Assembly: GCA_036564925.1 (NCBI GenBank)
Contig: DATCOB010000105.1
Coordinates: forward strand, 1,075 to 65,074
Direction: 5' to 3'
Source of the DNA: Candidatus Dormiibacterota bacterium
GTDB lineage: Bacteria > Chloroflexota > Dormibacteria > CF-121
DNA: 64,000 nt
The notes under the pieces were generated by a model. That model was not told where the DNA came from. It worked only from the letters and a program-made list of their open reading frames with translations, and searched no databases. A program made the position numbers and the translations under genes. Position 1 is the stretch's first letter, and every line of letters starts with the position of its first letter. Positions 22,517 through 32,461 of this stretch are shown in pieces.

Positions 22517-23422
22517 TTGCGTAAGCTTGCCCGGATGCTGGCGAAAAAGGGGCGGACGAGGCGCTCATGGCTGATTCCCTCCATCGTGGGGGGCTACCTG
22601 GCCGCGGTAACGCTCTTCATGGTCTTCGTCCTGCACCTCTCCGTATCACCGGAGCGCTTTTTGATCCTGATGCTGATCGCGGCGCTCGTGCTTGGACGGG
22701 GCAAGCTTTTTCTCGCTGATTGGATCCCGTTCCTGATTCTCTTTCTCTCCTACGAATACCTGCGCGGCCTGAGCGGCAAGGCCGGGATGCCGATCCACGA
22801 CGTGACGTCGCTCGAGCGGGTGCTGTTTCGCGGGCAGGTCCCAACCCTCTGGCTGCAGCATGCCCTGTACCGCACCGGGCAGGTCAACTGGTACGACATC
22901 GCGGCCACCATGTTCTATTTCCTCCATTTCGCATTTCCGCTGGGGGTCGGTTACCTCTTATGGATCGTCGACCGGCACGCCTTCTTGCGATTCTCGCGGA
23001 CGCTCATCGCCATGTCCTTTGCCGCCTTTTTCTTTTTCTTGCTGGTGCCGGTGGCGCCCCCCTGGATCTCCGTGCCCGGTGTGGTCAAGATCATCGACCA
23101 TACCCTGCCAAGTTTCACCGACCTGCCCGGCGTCAGCACGCCCGCGACGATCTATCACTTCTTTTACGCGAATAAGTACGCGGCCATGCCGTCGATCCAC
23201 GCCGCCTATCCATTCCTGGGCGCGCTCTTCGCGGCACGCACCTTCGGCTGGCGCGCGCTCCCGCTGTTCGCCTACACCTGCTGCGTTTGGTTCAGCGTCG
23301 TTTACCTGGGCGAGCACTATGTCGTCGATGTCATCGGTGGCATTATTCTGGCCGCGGCGGCCTACTTTGGGGAGGACGGGCTCACCCGATGGTGGCAATC
23401 CCGCGAGCTAAGAAGAACCTAA
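22517..23422 (+). CDS. PAP2-superfamily membrane protein (inositolphosphotransferase/Aur1-like or lipid phosphatase-like)
   Basis: 6 TM. PAP2 motifs KY...PS.H (ANKYAAMPSIHAAY) and SRxxxxxHxxxD (GEHYVVDVIGG). Start ambiguous (TTG 22517 or ATG 22535). Confidence 0.6.
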   Translation: MRKLARMLAKKGRTRRSWLIPSIVGGYLAAVTLFMVFVLHLSVSPERFLILMLIAALVLGRGKLFLADWIPFLILFLSYEYLRGLSGKAGMPIHDVTSLERVLFRGQVPTLWLQHALYRTGQVNWYDIAATMFYFLHFAFPLGVGYLLWIVDRHAFLRFSRTLIAMSFAAFFFFLLVPVAPPWISVPGVVKIIDHTLPSFTDLPGVSTPATIYHFFYANKYAAMPSIHAAYPFLGALFAARTFGWRALPLFAYTCCVWFSVVYLGEHYVVDVIGGIILAAAAYFGEDGLTRWWQSRELRRT

Positions 23423-24723
23423 CTTCTCCAGATTTTTTTCATGATGGCTTTCGCCAGCTTGTCGGGGTCGTGGTGCGTGGAGACTTTCGAGTTCACCACG
23501 TCGACGAGCACTGCGTGGATGCTTCGCTGGGCGACGGTCGCCTGGTCGTAGATGACCCGCCGGATCCCGGCGCTCTGGGCAGAGGCCGGCATTGGGAAGT
23601 TGTTGTTGCTGTTGATCACCACGAAGTCGAAGATGTTGGTGCCCAGGTGGTTCTCGATCGCCTTCAGGTGGTCGCTGACCCGAAAGAAGTCCGTTTCGCC
23701 TGGTTGCGTGGCGACATTGCAGATGAAGACCTTGATGGCCGGTGAGGCCTTGAGCGCCTCCGCCATGCCGTCCACGACCAGGTTCGGCAGGATGCTGGTG
23801 TAGAGGCTGCCCGGGCCAACCGTGATCAGCTCGGCATTGAGGATGGCTTCCTCCGCCTCCGGGTTGATGGTGGGCTCGGGTTCGAGGAAGACGCGCTTGA
23901 TCGCGCTCGCCGTCGCCACGGCGGTGTCGCCTTCACCCGCATGCCCGTTCGGGTGTGGGATGCTGGATTCGCCGACCCGTGTTTCGCCGTCCATCATCTC
24001 GGCCATCAGCGTGACGTCGCGCAGGGTGGACGGGACGATCTGTCCCCGGACGGCGAGGACCCGGCCCGACTCCCGGATCGCATGTTCGAAGTCGCCGGTG
24101 ATCTCCGCCATCGCCATGATGAACAGGTTCCCGAAAGAGTGGCCGGACAGGCTCCCCTCCTTGAACCGGTGCTGAAAGAGGGTGGTCATCAAGGGCTCCA
24201 CGTCCGCCAGGGCCGTGATGCATTGTCGGAAGTCTCCCGGTGGCAGGATCCGGTACTCCTGGCGCAGCCGGCCCGAACTGCCGCCGTCATCGGCCACGGT
24301 GACGATCGCTGTCAGGTTTCCGGTGTACTTCTTCAACCCGCGGAGCAGGGTGGAGAGGCCCGTGCCGCCCCCCAGGGCGACGACGCGAGGTCCTTTTTGG
24401 AGGAAGCGGTAGTTGTAGATGATCTCGGACAGCGCCCGGTCCCGGCCGGGGAGGAAGGGTCCCAGTACCGACTGGGTCAGCTTGTAGAGGGCGTACAGGA
24501 TGATGCCAACGCCGAGGGCGCCAAAGAGGATCGCGCGGGCGGCGCGAGGGATGAACTGCAACGTCAGCGGTCCGACGACCCTTGGGAAGGTCCCGTACTG
24601 GTAGAAGTTGCGCAGGAGATAGCCGATCCCGAGGCTGATCAGCACCATCCCCAGGATGAGGAGGACGAGCCAACGCTTGACATGGAGGCCGGGGGTGAAC
24701 CAGCGCACCACCCGGGGGTTCAT
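23419..24723 (-). CDS. YvcK/CofD-like family protein (gluconeogenesis factor / UPF0052) with an N-terminal 2-TM extension
   Basis: VVALGGGTGLSTLLRGLK...TAIVTVADDGGSSGRLR core. Start placed at internal ATG 24723 because the codons between 24723 and 24786 have poor GC3. The track ORF extends to 24786. Confidence 0.8.
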   Translation of the reverse strand: MNPRVVRWFTPGLHVKRWLVLLILGMVLISLGIGYLLRNFYQYGTFPRVVGPLTLQFIPRAARAILFGALGVGIILYALYKLTQSVLGPFLPGRDRALSEIIYNYRFLQKGPRVVALGGGTGLSTLLRGLKKYTGNLTAIVTVADDGGSSGRLRQEYRILPPGDFRQCITALADVEPLMTTLFQHRFKEGSLSGHSFGNLFIMAMAEITGDFEHAIRESGRVLAVRGQIVPSTLRDVTLMAEMMDGETRVGESSIPHPNGHAGEGDTAVATASAIKRVFLEPEPTINPEAEEAILNAELITVGPGSLYTSILPNLVVDGMAEALKASPAIKVFICNVATQPGETDFFRVSDHLKAIENHLGTNIFDFVVINSNNNFPMPASAQSAGIRRVIYDQATVAQRSIHAVLVDVVNSKVSTHHDPDKLAKAIMKKIWRS

Positions 24724-24808
24724 ACGTATAGGGGCCACCGGCGCCCCAAGCTTAGCACAGGATTTTTGAGCGCTTGATAGGCCCATTTCGTTACATCCAT
24801 TCGGCCGA

Positions 24809-24837
24809 TTGCCCGCCAGCCGGGGCGGGCATATAAT
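24809..24837 (+). promoter_or_regulatory. Candidate sigma70 promoter for ilvE (TTGCCC, 17 nt spacer, TATAAT)
   Basis: Near-consensus -10 TATAAT at about 24832-24837 with TTGCCC 17 nt upstream. Lies in the divergent region between yvcK-like (minus) and ilvE (plus). Confidence 0.4.
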
Positions 24838-24915
24838 CGAGTCAGGGTCCCGGGAGTCAACTCAGACCCAGTTCAGGCGGCCTGGTTCGAAAGGCTAAAA
24901 GGAGGTCGTCTCTCG

Positions 24916-25887
24916 ATGGCGATCAAGGCAGAGGGCGTCGCCCGCGCGGCGGAGGCTCGCCGTAAGGAGCAGTCGCAATACTGGGTCTATCTCGACGGGG
25001 AAATCAAGCGGTACGGCGACGCTCGGTTGGGGCTCATGACCCACGCCCTGCACTACGGGACCGGTGTCTTCGAGGGCATCCGTGGCTACTGGGGTCCGGA
25101 GCACGAGCAACTCTTCATCCTCAAACTGCGGGAGCACTACGCCCGGATGCAGCGTTCCGTGAAGGTGCTGAAGCTGAAGATCCCGATTACCCTGGACGAG
25201 CTCTGCACCACCAGCGTGGAGCTCGTCCGGAAGAATCAGTTCAGGCAGGATATCTACATTCGGCCATTCGCCTTTAAGAGTTCGGAAGAGATCGGGGTCC
25301 GGCTCCACAATCTCAAGGACTCCTTCGCCATCTACGTGACCCCGTACGGCAACTACGTCGACATCGAGCGCGGGATTCGTTGCATGGTGTCGAGCTGGCG
25401 TCGCATCGATGACAACGCGGCCCCGCCACGCGCCAAGATCACCGGCATCTACGTGAACTCGGCCTTGGCGAAGACCGAAGCGATGGAGAACGGCTTCGAC
25501 GAGGCGATCATGCTCACCCACGATGGGCATGTCTGCGAGGGGAGCGCCGAGAACATCTTCGTGATCCGGGAGGGCACGGTCTACACGCCGCCGACCTCGG
25601 ACAACATTCTCGAGGGGCTGACCCGCCTCGGCATGATGGAGTTGCTCAAAAAGGAACTGGACATGGAGGTTGTGGAGCGGTCGCTCGATCGCTCGGAGCT
25701 GTACATGGCGGACGAGGTCTTCCTCTGTGGCACCGGCGCCCAGATCTCACCGGTGATCGAAATCGACCACCGGCCGATCGGCGAGGGCAGCGTCGGCCCG
25801 GTCGTGAGCCGCCTGCAGACGCTCTACTTCGACGTGGTCCGCGGCGGCAACCAAAAGTATCGCCACTGGCTGACTCCGGTCTACTAG
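24916..25887 (+). CDS. ilvE: Branched-chain amino acid aminotransferase (PLP fold type IV)
   Basis: SD AAAGGAGG 10 nt upstream. Typical IlvE motifs (YGTGVFEGIRGY, ENGFDEAIML, EVFLCGTGAQISPV). Confidence 0.9.
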   Translation: MAIKAEGVARAAEARRKEQSQYWVYLDGEIKRYGDARLGLMTHALHYGTGVFEGIRGYWGPEHEQLFILKLREHYARMQRSVKVLKLKIPITLDELCTTSVELVRKNQFRQDIYIRPFAFKSSEEIGVRLHNLKDSFAIYVTPYGNYVDIERGIRCMVSSWRRIDDNAAPPRAKITGIYVNSALAKTEAMENGFDEAIMLTHDGHVCEGSAENIFVIREGTVYTPPTSDNILEGLTRLGMMELLKKELDMEVVERSLDRSELYMADEVFLCGTGAQISPVIEIDHRPIGEGSVGPVVSRLQTLYFDVVRGGNQKYRHWLTPVY

Positions 25888-25921
25888 CCGCGGTCGACCC
25901 GTTCCGCGTGCCGGGTCCCTG

Positions 25922-27046
25922 ATGCGGATCGTCGCTGCGCCGAATGCGTTCAAGGGCACGCTCACCGCCCCGGAAGCGGCGGAGGCGATGCGGGATGGCG
26001 TCCTCGCGGCGCTCCCGGACGCGGCGGTGGTGATGGTCCCCATCGCTGACGGGGGTGACGGCACGGTCGACGCCCTCGTCGCCGCGGCCGGCGGCGTGAT
26101 TCGCCGTCGGCGCGTCTGCGGTCCGCTGGGCGAGCCGGTGGAGGCCGAGTACGGCTTGATCGATGACGATTCGACGGCGGTCGTCGAGATGGCTCGATCG
26201 TCGGGTCTTGCCCTCGTGCCCCCCGACCGGCGCGATCCGGGCGCCGCCACCACGTTTGGCGTCGGCGAGCTGCTCCAGCACGCAAGCGATGCCGGAGCCC
26301 GGCGCTTCATCGTGGGGATAGGCGGGAGCGCCACCAATGATGGGGGCGCCGGCATGGCGCAGGCGCTCGGCTACCATCTGCTCGACGAAGGCGGCCTCGA
26401 GCTGCCACCGGGCGGTCTTGCCCTACGGCGGCTGGCGCGCATCCACATCGGCGGCGTGCACACCAACTGGCGGGAACTGGAGGTCAACGTCGCCACCGAC
26501 GTCACCAATCCACTCACCGGTCCGAACGGGGCCAGCGCGGTTTATGGCCCGCAGAAGGGCGCGACCTCGGCCCTGATCCGGGACCTGGATGCGGGCCTAA
26601 AGAGGCTGGCCCAGGTCATCTTGCGCGACCTGGGTGCGGATGTCATCGATCTCCCCGGCGCCGGTGCGGCGGGCGGCCTTGGTGCCGGCCTCGTCGCTTT
26701 CACGGGTGCGCGACTACGGCCGGGGGCCGAGATGGTGATGGAGGCGGTGCGCCTGGACGAGCGGCTCGAGGGGGCCGACCTCGTGATCACGGGTGAGGGT
26801 CGCCTCGACTCGCAGACCGCCCGTTACGGCAAGGGTCCGGCCGCTGTTGCCCGCCATGCCAGGAACGCCGGGATCCGCGTGATCGGCATCGGTGGGAGCG
26901 TCGCGGACGAAGCGGAGTTGCTGCGCTTGTTCGATGCCGTGGTGTCTGCATCGCCGGCCGGCGCCGATCTCGCGGATACGCTCAAGAACGCGAGGTCGTA
27001 CCTTACCGCCGCGACCGCCAGCGCGGTCCGATCGGTCGCCGGCTGA
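25922..27046 (+). CDS. Glycerate kinase (GlxK/GarK family)
   Basis: N-terminal MRIVAAPNAFKGTLTAPEAAEAM and VPIADGGDGTVDAL motifs diagnostic of glycerate kinase family I. Confidence 0.85.
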   Translation: MRIVAAPNAFKGTLTAPEAAEAMRDGVLAALPDAAVVMVPIADGGDGTVDALVAAAGGVIRRRRVCGPLGEPVEAEYGLIDDDSTAVVEMARSSGLALVPPDRRDPGAATTFGVGELLQHASDAGARRFIVGIGGSATNDGGAGMAQALGYHLLDEGGLELPPGGLALRRLARIHIGGVHTNWRELEVNVATDVTNPLTGPNGASAVYGPQKGATSALIRDLDAGLKRLAQVILRDLGADVIDLPGAGAAGGLGAGLVAFTGARLRPGAEMVMEAVRLDERLEGADLVITGEGRLDSQTARYGKGPAAVARHARNAGIRVIGIGGSVADEAELLRLFDAVVSASPAGADLADTLKNARSYLTAATASAVRSVAG

Positions 27047-27065
27047 TCAGGCCGGCGATCTGACG

Positions 27066-27986
27066 CTAGTGCTTGCGGTAACCGCCCTGGAGGCGGCCGT
27101 CCATGAACGAGATCTTGGGATGGCGGACTTTTGAGGTCAGCCCGCGCGCGCTCACCTCGCTGTTCAAGGGCACCACGACATCGTTGCGTTGCAGATGCGG
27201 GGGGTTCGGATAGCGTTCGGCGCATGCGAGGCACTGGTCCAGATGCTGGGCGACCATTTTGCGCTGCTCTCGCCGCAGCGTGCCTGGCGGGAAGTTATCG
27301 AGCAGGTAGGCGATGGTGGGGCAACGCGACTCTTCCGTCTGCGCCTTTCCCTCCATGAAGAGGTATTCCTCTTTGAACCGGCGGCGGGCCCGATGCAGCA
27401 AGGTCTCGACGGCGCTCTCCGAGACGTTCATCTTGCGAGCGATATTGGCGTAGCTCAGGCCCTGTAGCTCGCGCAGCGTGAGCACCAGGCGGTACTTGTC
27501 CGGCAGCCGTCGGGCGACTGACCAGACGGCGTCCCGCAGCTCCCTGATCTCCAGCGCGACCTCTGGACTCTTGCGCGCGTCACCGTCGGGCACCTGAAGG
27601 ACCGCCTCCTCGTTCTCCTCGTCGTCGATCTCGTGGGCCTCGGGAAACTTCTTTCGGCGGCGCAGTTCGTCGTAGCAGAGATTGGTGGCGATCCGATGGA
27701 TCCAGGCGGAGAAGTTGAAGCTATCGTTGATCCGGTGGATCGTCCGCAGGATCTGGAAGAAGGTCTCCTGGGTCAAGTCCTCGGCCAGCTGACGGTCGCG
27801 GAGTAGCCGGAAGGTGAGGCCATAGATGGCTTTGTGGTAACGGCCGAAGAGCGTGTCGAAGGCGGCGACGTCGCCGGCCAGGTAATCACGGATGAGATCG
27901 AGATCCGAGGGGCCTTTGGCAATTCGCGTCTTTATCTTGTTCCACCCCGGACTCGGCAAAATCGGTTGTCGTGGGGTCCCTCCCAC
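27066..27986 (-). CDS. ECF-type sigma-70 factor with a fused C-terminal zinc-binding anti-sigma (ZAS, zf-HC2) motif
   Basis: Sigma-70 region 2 (DLTQETFFQILRTIHRINDSFNFSAWIHRIATN) and region 4 (LRELQGLSYANIARKMNVSESAVETLLHRARRRF). This is followed in the same ORF by C-x27-HxxxCxxC (SRCP...AQHLDQCLAC), with no TM. Confidence 0.75.
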   Translation of the reverse strand: MGGTPRQPILPSPGWNKIKTRIAKGPSDLDLIRDYLAGDVAAFDTLFGRYHKAIYGLTFRLLRDRQLAEDLTQETFFQILRTIHRINDSFNFSAWIHRIATNLCYDELRRRKKFPEAHEIDDEENEEAVLQVPDGDARKSPEVALEIRELRDAVWSVARRLPDKYRLVLTLRELQGLSYANIARKMNVSESAVETLLHRARRRFKEEYLFMEGKAQTEESRCPTIAYLLDNFPPGTLRREQRKMVAQHLDQCLACAERYPNPPHLQRNDVVVPLNSEVSARGLTSKVRHPKISFMDGRLQGGYRKH

Positions 27987-28144
27987 CGAGTCGCGGGCGC
28001 CATCATAGCACCCGTTCTTGCGCAGATTGCACCTCTGCGTGGGCTAATTTCCAGCTTTGTCACACGCCCGCGATTTTTCCGCAAGCGTTCGCGAAAACGG
28101 CCGTTATAATTCCGCTGACGTCAACTTGAAGGGGGGTTACCCGA

Positions 28145-28723
28145 TTGGCCACTCCCGGCACGAAGAACGACGCGACCGTCACCATCCGGTTCCTCGACGA
28201 CGAGATCATGGAAGGCACGGTCGGCGGAATCGGCCTCGATCAACCCAATATCGATCTCGAGTTTCCGGAGTCCAGTAACAACGAGCGCGCCCTGATCCCG
28301 CTGCCATCGATCAAACGGATCACCATCAAGGCCGGCAAGCCGACGGCGGCCGAGCGGGAGCGGAGTGGCCGGAAGGTCGCGATTCGATTCCAGGATGGTG
28401 AGGTACTCAAAGGCTACCTCGACGGTGACCTGCAGCATGCTCACTACGCCCTGACCCTGCGCCTCCTGAACGTGGAAAAGGACCACATCGAGACCCTCAA
28501 GGTGCCGTACACGGCGGTCAAGGCTCTGTTCTACGTGAAGTCCTGGGATGCCAGACCCCCGGAATTCGACGGCGAACACGACCTGCATCTGAATAAGCGG
28601 CTTTCGTCCCCTCTCGTCGACCTGGTCTCCGACATGGGCCAGCTCGAAAAGCTTCGGCAGCGCGGAGCCATCACCGAGAGTGAATTTCAGCGGAAGCGCC
28701 GCAAGATCCTCGATACGATCTAA
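28145..28723 (+). CDS. Hypothetical protein with two tandem beta-rich repeats and a C-terminal SHOCT domain
   Basis: TTG start after a GAAGGGGGG SD. Internal duplication (VTIRFLDDEIMEGTVGG / VAIRFQDGEVLKGYLDG). C-terminal LEKLRQRGAITESEFQRKRRKIL fits the SHOCT consensus. Divergent from the ECF-ZAS gene. Confidence 0.55.
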   Translation: MATPGTKNDATVTIRFLDDEIMEGTVGGIGLDQPNIDLEFPESSNNERALIPLPSIKRITIKAGKPTAAERERSGRKVAIRFQDGEVLKGYLDGDLQHAHYALTLRLLNVEKDHIETLKVPYTAVKALFYVKSWDARPPEFDGEHDLHLNKRLSSPLVDLVSDMGQLEKLRQRGAITESEFQRKRRKILDTI

Positions 28724-30452
28724 GCTCGCGAGGCTAACCCTCGGGCTTCTGCCGCTTGCCGGCGGTTGCAGCGGCCTGCCAGCCGTCCATGGCGTGCCGC
28801 TGTCGACGTCCAGCGCGCTGCCGGCAGCCTACCTGCCAGAACCAGCCCGGCACGAGGGTGGCGTCCTTACGATCGGGGACTGGGAAAGCCCAACCGACTT
28901 CTCCCCACTCTTCAATCAGGAAGTGCCTGCCATGGAGATCGATTCGCTCTTGTATGCCGGGCTGACCCGCAGGGACTCAGACTTACGGCCAATCTCCGAC
29001 CTGGCGCTCCGCGTCCCGACGCTGGCCAACGGGGACGTCACCTGGAATCGCAGCACCCAGCGCATGGATGTCACCTATCAACTCCGGCCGGGGCTTCGGT
29101 GGTCCGACGGACAGCCGCTCACGGCGGCCGACGTCGTCTTCACCTGGCGGGTCATCGTGGACCCGCGCCTCCATGGCGTCCTTTCCCCCGACGGATACGA
29201 CGCCATTTCGCGTATCGAGGTCAACGATCCCCTCCGGCTCACGCTGCATTTCGATCGGATTTATCCCAAGTTTCTCGATCTCTTTCATGCCGTTCTTCCG
29301 GAGCACCGCCTGCGTAATATTCCGATCGAGCGGCTCTCGGAGGACTCGTTCTGGGCGCGGCCTGATGTGGTGAGCGGACCCTACAAGATCTCGGACCTGG
29401 TCCCAGACGAGCACGTCACGCTCATTCGAAACGAGGCCTGGTCACAGGGCCGGTCGGGACGACGACCCCACCTGGACGGTCTGGTCTTCAAGATCTATCC
29501 GGAGGTCGGGCAGCTGCTCGATGCGGCTCGGGCCGGGAAGGTCTCACTCGCGCTGGAGATCCCGGACGATCAGCTCGCCACGCTGGGGAACATCGGCCCG
29601 ATGACGCAAGAACGCCGATCCCAGCTGGCCTACGAGCAGGTGACCTTCAACCAGGCCGATCCCAACCCGCAGACCGGCCAGGCTCCTGAATGGAAGGGTG
29701 ACCCGGCGCTTCTGCAGGCGCTCCGGATGGCGATCGACCGGCCGGCCCTGGTCAGGAGGGTGTTCAAGGATACGGCGCAGCTGGCCCAGTCACCGATCCC
29801 GAGCGCACTGACGGACTTTCACGACGCGGATGTGGCTCTGGCGTATGACGCGAACCAGGCCAGGAAGCTCCTTGACGCCGACGGGTGGGCGATGGGCGGG
29901 GACGGCATCCGCACAAAGAACGGTCGGCGTCTTGGCTTCGGCCTGGTGACGGCGCTCGGCAACCCCCTGCGTACGGCGATTCGTGATGACCTTATCGCCG
30001 AGTGGCGGAAGATCGGGGCCGAGGTCGCCCCCGTCGACGCCCACCCGAGTGAGCTATTCAGCGGCTATGCCCAGGGCGGGATTCTCGCCCGGGGCCAGTT
30101 CGAGGCGGGACTCTGGACCTGGAGTACCGGCCCCGATCCGGACGGGGTGTATCCGCTCGAACACTCGACGCAGATCCCAGGAGATCAGAACCAGGGTCAT
30201 GGCGCGAACTACGGCCGCATCAACAGCGCCGAGATCGACCGCAGCCTGGACCGCGGCCGAACGACGCTGGTCACGGCTGAGCGAGGGCACGACTACGCCG
30301 CCTTCGAGCGCGCCTACGCACGCCTCGGTGCCGAATTGCCCTTGTTCGAACGCGTGCAGACGGTGCTCGTGGGGTCGCACCTACACAACCTGCGACCCAA
30401 CGTGGGGCCCGATACCACATTGTGGAACGCGGCGGACTGGTGGGTCGACTGA
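28680..30452 (+). CDS. ABC transporter substrate-binding lipoprotein, family 5 (peptide/nickel/opine type)
   Basis: Lipoprotein signal (LTLGLLPLAGGCSG). SBP_bac_5-type length and motifs. GTG start overlaps the upstream gene by 44 nt. Confidence 0.8.
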   Translation: MNFSGSAARSSIRSKLARLTLGLLPLAGGCSGLPAVHGVPLSTSSALPAAYLPEPARHEGGVLTIGDWESPTDFSPLFNQEVPAMEIDSLLYAGLTRRDSDLRPISDLALRVPTLANGDVTWNRSTQRMDVTYQLRPGLRWSDGQPLTAADVVFTWRVIVDPRLHGVLSPDGYDAISRIEVNDPLRLTLHFDRIYPKFLDLFHAVLPEHRLRNIPIERLSEDSFWARPDVVSGPYKISDLVPDEHVTLIRNEAWSQGRSGRRPHLDGLVFKIYPEVGQLLDAARAGKVSLALEIPDDQLATLGNIGPMTQERRSQLAYEQVTFNQADPNPQTGQAPEWKGDPALLQALRMAIDRPALVRRVFKDTAQLAQSPIPSALTDFHDADVALAYDANQARKLLDADGWAMGGDGIRTKNGRRLGFGLVTALGNPLRTAIRDDLIAEWRKIGAEVAPVDAHPSELFSGYAQGGILARGQFEAGLWTWSTGPDPDGVYPLEHSTQIPGDQNQGHGANYGRINSAEIDRSLDRGRTTLVTAERGHDYAAFERAYARLGAELPLFERVQTVLVGSHLHNLRPNVGPDTTLWNAADWWVD

Positions 30453-30481
30453 TTAGACAACCTTAGAAAAAGCGGGGTTAG

Positions 30482-30510
30482 TTGACCTACCAACTGGGCG
30501 CTCGTAGAAT
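30482..30510 (+). promoter_or_regulatory. Candidate sigma70 promoter (TTGACC, 17 nt spacer, TAGAAT) upstream of the second SBP gene
   Basis: TTGACC at about 30482-30487 and TAGAAT at about 30505-30510, followed by an about 85-nt leader with an AAGGAGG SD before ATG 30601. Confidence 0.45.
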
Positions 30511-30600
30511 ACCGCGCGACAGCCCCGTTGTCGGGACGGGATGGCACTCGCCGCTGATTGGAACCCACATCATGCACGTAAGAGCCCCAAGGAGGTCCTC

Positions 30601-32403
30601 ATGACAGCAGGCAACCTGCGCTGGCTGAGGCCGCTCGGGGTGAGTGCCATTGGCGCCATCCTGCTGGTCGCCTGCGCCCCTGCCGGGGGCACCACCCTGT
30701 CGGTGGCGAAGGCGGGCGGAAAGGTGACCGTCGCCTCCTGGCAGGAGCAGGACAGCTTGCTGGCCTGCAACATCACGGCCGCTGCCTCCCATGCCTGCGC
30801 GTACATCAACCCGGCGATGGAGGGGTTGCTCACCGTGAAGGCGAATCAGGACATACCCAGCAATCCGAAGCTCACCGACTACTGGGTGCCCCAGCTCGCC
30901 ATCGAGGTGCCGAGCCTCGAGAACGGCGACATCAAGGTCAGCGGCGACCGGATGGATGTCACCTGGAAGTTGCACCACGGTGTCAAGTGGCACGATGGCG
31001 TGCCGTTCACCTCCCGCGATGTCAAGGCAACCTTCGAATTCTGGTGGCTCAAGTACCGCGACAAGAATCCGACTCCGCTGGTCTCGACCAGCGGATGGGA
31101 TCAGGTCGACAGCGTTGACGTGCCGGACAATTACACAGCGATCGTGCACTTCAAGAGCGTGTATGCGGCCTACCTGACGTTGGGCACCGGTCCCTACGGC
31201 ATCCTGCCCGACCATTTGCTGCAGCAGGTCTGGGCGAAGACCGGTGATGTCACGCACGACAAGGTGACGGTCAACATCCCCGGCGGCTACAGCGGCTCCG
31301 ACACGCTCGACAAGGTCATGGTCGGCACGGGGCCCTTCATGTTCAAGGAGTGGGTCACGGGCGATCACCTGACCCTGGTCAAGAACCCGCACTGGTGGGG
31401 GCCGCATCAGCCGTACCTTGACGAGATTCGGGTCAAGTTCGATGCCGACGCTAACACCGAACTTAACGAACTGCGCACCAACACGATCGACATGGGGCTC
31501 GACATGCGGCCTTCGCTGCTGCCCCCGCTCTCGCGCTTGCCCGACGTCACGACCGTGACCATCCTCGACAGTGCCTCGGAGCATCTGGACATCAACCTGC
31601 ACAACACGTTCTTGAGCGACGTCACCCTCCGAAAAGCGATCCTGATGGCGATCGATCGGCAAAAGATCGTCGACACCCTGCTGCTTGGCAAGACGGTCGT
31701 GCCTCCTGACGCCTGGATGTGCATCCAGACGGGCGCCTGGTGCCTGGACCCCAACGCCCGGCACACGCAATACGACGTGTCGCAGGCCAACAAGCTGCTG
31801 GATGATGCCGGTTACAAGATGCAGACGCAGGGGTCCTGCAAGGGATTCCGGACCGATGCGCAGGGCCGATGCGTCCAGTTGCACTTGATCACGACGACGC
31901 TGCCGCTGCGCGAAGAGCAGGAAGTTGTCGTTGCCTCGGATCTGGCGTCGATCGGGGTCCAGGTGATCAAGCCATTCGCCAACGTGCCAGCCACCCGGAT
32001 GTTTGGATCGTGCACCAGCGGTGGTGTCATCTACAGTCACAACTTCGACCTTGCCATGTACACGAATAACTACAGCTACCCGGCCGAGCCGGACTCTCTC
32101 GCCTACACGGCCTATCACAGCTCGCAGATTCCAACCGACGCCAACGGTTGCGTCGGTCAGAACACGACTTTCATCAGTGATCCCCAGTTGGACCAGGCCC
32201 TTGACCAGGCTCGACTGTCCGTCAAGATGTCCGACCGCAAGGACAAGTACATCGTGGCGCAGAAGCGGCTCGCGGAGATCCTTCCGGAAATCCCCCTGTA
32301 CCAGGCCGTCGATGTGGAAGCCTTCAACAAAAAGCTTGGTGGCTACAAGGGCAACGAGTTCTGGTGGATGAATCAGACCGCCGACTGGTATATCAACTCC
32401 TGA
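30601..32403 (+). CDS. ABC transporter substrate-binding lipoprotein, family 5 (second copy)
   Basis: Internal ATG with SD AAGGAGG. Lipoprotein signal (LLVACAPAGG). SBP_bac_5 architecture, about 600 aa. No permease or ATPase genes adjacent. Confidence 0.8.
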   Translation: MTAGNLRWLRPLGVSAIGAILLVACAPAGGTTLSVAKAGGKVTVASWQEQDSLLACNITAAASHACAYINPAMEGLLTVKANQDIPSNPKLTDYWVPQLAIEVPSLENGDIKVSGDRMDVTWKLHHGVKWHDGVPFTSRDVKATFEFWWLKYRDKNPTPLVSTSGWDQVDSVDVPDNYTAIVHFKSVYAAYLTLGTGPYGILPDHLLQQVWAKTGDVTHDKVTVNIPGGYSGSDTLDKVMVGTGPFMFKEWVTGDHLTLVKNPHWWGPHQPYLDEIRVKFDADANTELNELRTNTIDMGLDMRPSLLPPLSRLPDVTTVTILDSASEHLDINLHNTFLSDVTLRKAILMAIDRQKIVDTLLLGKTVVPPDAWMCIQTGAWCLDPNARHTQYDVSQANKLLDDAGYKMQTQGSCKGFRTDAQGRCVQLHLITTTLPLREEQEVVVASDLASIGVQVIKPFANVPATRMFGSCTSGGVIYSHNFDLAMYTNNYSYPAEPDSLAYTAYHSSQIPTDANGCVGQNTTFISDPQLDQALDQARLSVKMSDRKDKYIVAQKRLAEILPEIPLYQAVDVEAFNKKLGGYKGNEFWWMNQTADWYINS

Positions 32404-32461
32404 CGTTCCGGCCCGGGAATTCCGGCGGCGTGCCACGTTGCGTAATCGCGGAGGAGGACCC

